Virus record (IMG/VR): IMGVR_UViG_3300032050_000024
Coordinates: 66,640-130,639 of that record
Length of the DNA: 64,000 nt
From: a virus
Strand: one strand, 5' to 3'
A program made the position numbers and the translations under genes. The notes below the pieces were generated by a model. The model was not told the origin of the DNA, did no database searches, and worked only from the letters and a program-made list of their open reading frames with translations. Position 1 is the stretch's first letter. Each line of letters opens with the position of its first letter. Positions 59,279 to 64,000 of the stretch are shown piece by piece.

Positions 59279-59902
59279 ATGAAAAATATTTTAGCAGAAA
59301 ACATGATTCGATTTGGAACTAAAAATTTATCCGAATCGGCAAAATTAATTTTAACGGAGCAAGATCAAGAATATTGGGATAAACTTTTGCAAGGTAAACA
59401 GGTAGCATCTGAAAATATTGATTTGCCATCTGTTCCATTAATAAACCCATCAACTAGCAAACAAGTAACACATGGTTTCTTAAATAATACTAGTGTTAAA
59501 AGACCAGTATATGTAGGTGTACGAGCAACAGCTCAATTAGATATGTCTAAAAAACCAGGCGATGGTAGATTTAGAAGTTGGATCGAATTTTATATAACTT
59601 TTAAACCAAATGAAAAAATTAGTGCTTTGGATAGTACTAAAATTTTTATAACAGTTTTACAAAATTTAACTGCATCTAATGAAATTAGTTCTGTAACTAA
59701 CGATGGTAACACACCTACAACAGACCCAAAAGAAAGATTTTATTTTGGAAGGACTGACAGTTTAAGCATGTTGCGAGCTTATATAATGAAAGATGTAAGT
59801 GGATGGACAAATAAAACGATGTTTGATAATTTGAATTCAAAATTAGCTCAATGGGGATTTCCAACACTACCAAATGATTTATCTACTATTGCTGGAGGAT
59901 AA
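59279..59902 (+). CDS. Leader-family protein B4
   Basis: Same leader; PSVPLINPST; NSKLAQWGFPTLP. Confidence 0.8.
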   Translation: MKNILAENMIRFGTKNLSESAKLILTEQDQEYWDKLLQGKQVASENIDLPSVPLINPSTSKQVTHGFLNNTSVKRPVYVGVRATAQLDMSKKPGDGRFRSWIEFYITFKPNEKISALDSTKIFITVLQNLTASNEISSVTNDGNTPTTDPKERFYFGRTDSLSMLRAYIMKDVSGWTNKTMFDNLNSKLAQWGFPTLPNDLSTIAGG

Positions 59903-59907
59903 TTTAA

Positions 59908-60927
59908 TTAAATCAATATAACATCTTGACAACATTGCAATTTGATTTGCGATAATGCTAATTCTTTTGCCTTAGCCTCTACCTCAATATCTAATGCATC
60001 AACACCGTAAGTGTTAGGAAGCTGCGTAATAAAGTCAGCATGAGCTTGTTCCTTGATCTTGGTAAATTCTTTGTATTGCTTATGAAATGTTGGCCATTGA
60101 TGAATAGTATCCATAGATATACCATGATGTGCAAACATACGCTCAATAAGAATTTGATTCTCGCGACGGCGTGACTCAGAGTAATGAGTACATTGCGTTG
60201 CACCATGCACAGCCCACGTGTCGCGTGCCATGAAGAATGCTTCTTGCTCGCTGATGTCACCGGTATTAAATGTATGATGCCAATAGTCAAACGTAATAGG
60301 TATAGCAACCTCCTTGTGCAAGTATGTGTACAACTCACGCACTGAATACATTGATGCCTTGTCATCGTTCTCAACAACAAGACGTGCACGACATGACTCA
60401 GACAAACGTGCGTAGTTAAACAACCAACGTGCAATGGTACCGGGTTTGTCATTGTAAGTAGCACCTACGTGAATATTGATAAGATTGTCAAAGGATGGAG
60501 CAAAGCCCATGAGATCAAACATCTGTGAATGACGTTCTAAGCCAATAATACTGTTATCAACAACCGTATCATCGGGACTACCTAAGATATGAAATGGACC
60601 TGGATGCGTAGTAAGACGATGGCCATGTGCACGAGCATAATCACCTGCAATACGAAGATGATGTGTGATCTCATCAATACCAGGCAAATCTGCTAACTCA
60701 TAATGATTCCAACGTGGAAATATTTCTGAACCAATACGAAACAAGCGAATACCATGTTGCTCGTTCCATTGTAGAATAGTAAGTAAATCACGAGCATTGG
60801 CAAGTGCAATGTCGGAAGCAAGTTGCAAACCACCAAGTCGAAACTTGCGGTCAATCATTGCACGACCGGTACGGATACCAGCGGCAGAAAGCTGTGTATT
60901 GATACAGCAATAACCATAACGTATCAT
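59908..60927 (-). CDS. uvsE: UV DNA damage endonuclease (UvsE/UVDE)
   Basis: GYCCIN, LFRIGSEIFP, LTTHPG.F..LGS, INIHVG, RLVVENDD, ITFDYWHH, HYSESR, AHAD, IEVEAKAKE. Confidence 0.94.
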   Translation of the reverse strand: MIRYGYCCINTQLSAAGIRTGRAMIDRKFRLGGLQLASDIALANARDLLTILQWNEQHGIRLFRIGSEIFPRWNHYELADLPGIDEITHHLRIAGDYARAHGHRLTTHPGPFHILGSPDDTVVDNSIIGLERHSQMFDLMGFAPSFDNLINIHVGATYNDKPGTIARWLFNYARLSESCRARLVVENDDKASMYSVRELYTYLHKEVAIPITFDYWHHTFNTGDISEQEAFFMARDTWAVHGATQCTHYSESRRRENQILIERMFAHHGISMDTIHQWPTFHKQYKEFTKIKEQAHADFITQLPNTYGVDALDIEVEAKAKELALSQIKLQCCQDVILI

Positions 60928-60941
60928 AAGGATTTTTTTAT

Positions 60942-60970
60942 ATTATATGAAAAACGATTGAATAATCAAA
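60942..60970 (-). promoter_or_regulatory. Sigma70-type promoter TTTGAT-N17-TATAAT for uvsE
   Basis: Matches the consensus; flanks resemble the divergent promoter blocks. Confidence 0.65.
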
Positions 60971-61207
60971 ATAAATGTTTTTTTAGATATGTTTTTTATA
61001 AAAAAGAAAATAATCTTAAAGGATACAATTGTTTTGATTAAAATATTAATTAATACTAAATACTCCATCGGTATCTTGAACCATAGTAATGCCTTTACCC
61101 CCATTACCTTCATAATCATAAATGGGAACAAGAAAAAACGCAAATTGGGACATACAACACATAACAAATATTTCAGAACCATATATCAAATATGTAACGA
61201 TTAGACG

Positions 61208-61774
61208 TTAATTGCGTTTCACAAATCCATTTAAAAAGTTTCGTTGTTTTTCAATTGCTGATTCAAGTTCAACGTTTTTTCGTTTTTTTGTATTACGTGG
61301 GAGCATTCCGTTATTGCTAGATTGAACATCATTCTCCAAGCTATTTGTTCTGGCGGGGTTTGATTTAGTTTTTCTACTAGATTTATTAGAAGTGTTTCGC
61401 TTGTTTGAATCATTGCTTCGGCTTTCATCTTTTGACCTTGGGGTGTCTCTAAAAATTTCTGTATTTGTATATGTTCTTGGCCCGGCTTTAATTCGTTTCT
61501 CAAGTTCATCAACTCCAATGGAATTTGTCTCTTCGAGATAGATGCATCCGATATGATAGTTTGTTTTGTATCCTTTGATTTGAATGCCGCACGGATAGCG
61601 TGTTTCATTTGACGTAACTGTGTATTGAATCCCCCAATTAGTTTTTTTATGAGCTGTAACATAACCATATTTCTTTGCACCTAACCAAGTAAATAAAACA
61701 GGCTCTCCTTGTTTAAAGAGAGCCTTGTTAAATTGTTTTTCTACGTTGTCAGGTAAATTTTTATTTTTAGCCAT
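61208..61774 (-). CDS. Hypothetical protein (SH3-like N-terminus, low-complexity basic C-terminus)
   Basis: 188 aa; FKQGEPVLFTW..KYGYV; AAGGAA SD. Confidence 0.65.
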   Translation of the reverse strand: MAKNKNLPDNVEKQFNKALFKQGEPVLFTWLGAKKYGYVTAHKKTNWGIQYTVTSNETRYPCGIQIKGYKTNYHIGCIYLEETNSIGVDELEKRIKAGPRTYTNTEIFRDTPRSKDESRSNDSNKRNTSNKSSRKTKSNPARTNSLENDVQSSNNGMLPRNTKKRKNVELESAIEKQRNFLNGFVKRN

Positions 61775-61779
61775 TTCCT

Positions 61780-62232
61780 TTAATTAAAACAAATACCTGT
61801 AATTTGATCTACAATATAAAATATACGCATATATCTAGTAACTTTGTCTTTACGAAACATTTTTTCTTGTTCAATATCTCGTTGTAAAATATAACCAACT
61901 TCCATGAATCGATTGACTACATGTCGAAGTGCTCGCAAACTATTTGCTTCTATCATGATAATTTCATCATCTATCATGACATCTACTCTATCGGCATTTG
62001 ATAAATCAATAGGCGTTTCAACAGGTTTTGATTTTTCAACTTCCGGTTTAGTTTCTAATTCTTCATGAATTGCACTAAAAAATTTTGATAAATCAACGGT
62101 TGTAATTTTATATTCTGTTGCTGGTTGATCATATAAATCAAAAAAGTATTGTAATCTTTGTTGTTTAGACATTGATACAAAATACATGTATTCTTCTTTA
62201 CTTACTTTGATATTTTCGAATCGTGTTTTCAT
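61780..62232 (-). CDS. Hypothetical protein
   Basis: About 150 aa ORF in a tightly packed minus-strand run. Confidence 0.65.
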   Translation of the reverse strand: MKTRFENIKVSKEEYMYFVSMSKQQRLQYFFDLYDQPATEYKITTVDLSKFFSAIHEELETKPEVEKSKPVETPIDLSNADRVDVMIDDEIIMIEANSLRALRHVVNRFMEVGYILQRDIEQEKMFRKDKVTRYMRIFYIVDQITGICFN

Positions 62233-62395
62233 GTGCAATCTCCTGTTTAATTACAAATAATGCATCAACGTCGTCTACAGATAATCGTTTAATTTGTGAT
62301 ATCTGTTCACGTGCTTCATGCAAACTCGTTGCTAATACACGTCCAATTGTTTCTAAATTAGAATCAGTTTTATATGCGTACGTATAAGTATCCAT
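62198..62395 (-). CDS. Small hypothetical protein
   Basis: 65 aa ORF, operon-like spacing. Confidence 0.6.
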   Translation of the reverse strand: MDTYTYAYKTDSNLETIGRVLATSLHEAREQISQIKRLSVDDVDALFVIKQEIAHENTIRKYQSK

Positions 62396-62401
62396 ATTTA
62401 A

Positions 62402-62788
62402 TTATAAATATAGACCTAACTCATAAGCTCGCATACACGATGTTAAAGAATCATGTAAAGTATCTGCTAATTTTTGAATTTCATGTGGAACTAAATTAAC
62501 AGTGTAAGTTTTCACATCAACTGAAAATACAGACTCTTTACCTGACCCACGCGTTTTACCAGCTTGTTCTTGTATGGTTTTTGAATACACAATTAAATCT
62601 TTATATTTCATTTTAATTGTGCATCCTGCAACATGTAATTGACCTATAGTCACATTCATTGGATCTTCACGAAAATTATCAGCTGAAATTTTGTCTTGAA
62701 ATACAAAATCAATATCAGCCCACGTATCGCCTAATTGTTTTCTTTTCTTGTCTGAAATACCCCATGGGTGGTTTACACTTTTTATCAT
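62402..62788 (-). CDS. Hypothetical protein
   Basis: 128 aa ORF, operon-like spacing. Confidence 0.65.
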   Translation of the reverse strand: MIKSVNHPWGISDKKRKQLGDTWADIDFVFQDKISADNFREDPMNVTIGQLHVAGCTIKMKYKDLIVYSKTIQEQAGKTRGSGKESVFSVDVKTYTVNLVPHEIQKLADTLHDSLTSCMRAYELGLYL

Positions 62789-62792
62789 ATGT

Positions 62793-63455
62793 TTAAAATT
62801 TATAAATGTTTACTGTATATACATCGCGAGAATAATTGTTTCGTATTGTTACGAATTGATATTTTTCAATTAACATATCCAACATTAAACCGGGATGCAC
62901 ATATAAAAATCCTTCATGATGCGTAGTATTAATAGGATTAAGCAAATTAAAGGAAACTACTTGAGTTGCTACAGAATATAGAATATCAATATCATCAAAT
63001 AATTTTGTTAAATCTTCTGTTTCTGTTTTACAACGACGTTGCGTGAATACACCTGATGCTACAACCCATTCGTGTGGATTGAATTTAGCTGTTTCGAATG
63101 CACCAACGGATATTTTTTCTAAGCCCCATTTTTCTTCGCCTAACTGCGTCATTATAGGATTATGGTCTATGGCACTATACAATACTATATCATTGTTTAA
63201 CGCAGCCAAATCGCGTGCTACGCCGTATAAATCACATCTACCACAACCAATATCTAATAAAGTACCGCCATTATATCCGATTAATAGGTTTTGCATTAAA
63301 AATCTTTGTTCTCCGGTAGTATTATATCCAACAGGAAGCGGACTATGCATCATATAATCAGCATCTGTTGGTTGCAATGCATCCCAAATAGCATACTGAT
63401 CATCAGAATTTTCTAGATTTTTAAGAATTTTATTGGTTAATTCTTGATTACTCAT
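62793..63455 (-). CDS. Class I SAM-dependent methyltransferase
   Basis: TLLDIGCGRCDL motif I, YSAID motif II, WVVASGVF. Confidence 0.8.
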   Translation of the reverse strand: MSNQELTNKILKNLENSDDQYAIWDALQPTDADYMMHSPLPVGYNTTGEQRFLMQNLLIGYNGGTLLDIGCGRCDLYGVARDLAALNNDIVLYSAIDHNPIMTQLGEEKWGLEKISVGAFETAKFNPHEWVVASGVFTQRRCKTETEDLTKLFDDIDILYSVATQVVSFNLLNPINTTHHEGFLYVHPGLMLDMLIEKYQFVTIRNNYSRDVYTVNIYKF

Positions 63456-63458
63456 CAA

Positions 63459-63734
63459 TTATGATTTAGTTATTGGTAATAAATCATTATCTGCTAAATG
63501 TTTATATGGAATTGTGGTTTCAATTAGGCCCGAATGGCACAATAAACCAGAAAGATATTGGTCAATATACGCACTAGTACCTGATTTTGTACCAATCATA
63601 CATAAAGCAGACCGATTTTCTAATAAAACATCATGCACAACTCGTTTACTAATCAAATATCTATCTAAAACTACCCCAACTCTATTAACGCCATCTTGGT
63701 TAACAATAACAGTTTCGCCTATTCTATGTGTCAT
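63459..63734 (-). CDS. Hypothetical protein
   Basis: 91 aa; coupled to the upstream gene by a TAATG overlap. Confidence 0.6.
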   Translation of the reverse strand: MTHRIGETVIVNQDGVNRVGVVLDRYLISKRVVHDVLLENRSALCMIGTKSGTSAYIDQYLSGLLCHSGLIETTIPYKHLADNDLLPITKS

Positions 63735-63943
63735 TATTCAATAATTTTAAGAATTTTACTTGCTGATACTGATTTTACTTCAAAATCAAACGTATATCCT
63801 TTAAAATCTTCTATAACCTTAGCTTCTGCTTCGGTAACTGATAATGCTTCTACAAGATACGTCTCTGTAACTCGTTTTTCTTTTGTGCCTTTCGGCGTGT
63901 CAATTGTGTCAATCAATTGAACTTTTGCTGTGTAATACGACAT
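63734..63943 (-). CDS. DUF4494-like small protein
   Basis: KV...KEKRVTETYLVEALSVTEAEAKV...FEVKSV matches the Bacteroidota DUF4494 pattern as recalled. Confidence 0.75.
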   Translation of the reverse strand: MSYYTAKVQLIDTIDTPKGTKEKRVTETYLVEALSVTEAEAKVIEDFKGYTFDFEVKSVSASKILKIIE

Positions 63944-64000
63944 TTTTGATTAAATTTAATTTATAACTAATTTATATCTTATAATAAGAAAAAAAATTAT

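Larger units (their letters stand above)
57848..59362 (+). repeat. Dispersed ~100-bp direct repeats at gene junctions (about 57848-57959, 58559-58657, 59251-59362; related copies at 52384 and 53136)
   Basis: aaaagatataaaaatgaaaaatattttagcagaaaa(c/t)atgattcgatt(t/c)ggaac(t/c)aaaaattt. Confidence 0.9.

Noticed and set aside
52384-59362. CRISPR array or attC-like integron sites suggested by the recurring ~100-bp repeats
   Set aside because: The repeats are protein-coding leaders separated by 600-700 bp genes, are not palindromic, and no cas or integrase gene is in the window.
60943-61204. ORFs 60943..61182 (-) and 60989..61204 (+)
   Set aside because: Low-complexity, mutually overlapping, one runs into the uvsE promoter; neither is convincing.
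1-64000. Alternative genetic code (stop-codon reassignment), tRNA/rRNA genes, introns or inteins
   Set aside because: Core genes are full length and tightly packed under the standard code. No cloverleaf or rRNA-like tract was seen, and terminase, portal and primase have no obvious insertions. A tRNAscan/Infernal run would be needed to exclude RNAs formally.

Overview
The window is a 64 kb segment of a large, AT-rich T4-like (myovirus-type) bacteriophage genome, read with the standard genetic code and coded mostly on the minus strand. It contains a tail-fibre paralog array and a long fibre gene, neck/tail-completion genes, PhoH, and the head module (major capsid, scaffold, ribosomal protein bS21, prohead protease, portal, large terminase). 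Further along are a nucleotidyltransferase-ligase fusion, a fused Mre11-Rad50 (SbcDC), primase, a T7 endonuclease I-like resolvase, a small kinase, a baseplate module, a sigma-like factor, an HD hydrolase, UvsE and a methyltransferase. The host is inferred to be Bacteroidota from a DUF4494-like gene, signal peptides followed by Gln, and bS21 among the head genes. Two promoter classes can be read from the DNA: ATATTTAT just upstream of structural genes, and TT(G/T)GAN-N17-TA(T)WWT upstream of non-structural genes. The most unusual region is 52.3-60 kb, a repeating back-to-back cassette array. There, late-promoter plus-strand genes with a conserved Glu-ending leader (MKNILAENM.RFGTKNLSE..KLIL.E) and variable bodies converge on early-promoter minus-strand genes for Sec-exported proteins, which suggests virion-packaged cargo paired with periplasmic partners. 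All product calls come from motif recognition by eye; no database search was run.
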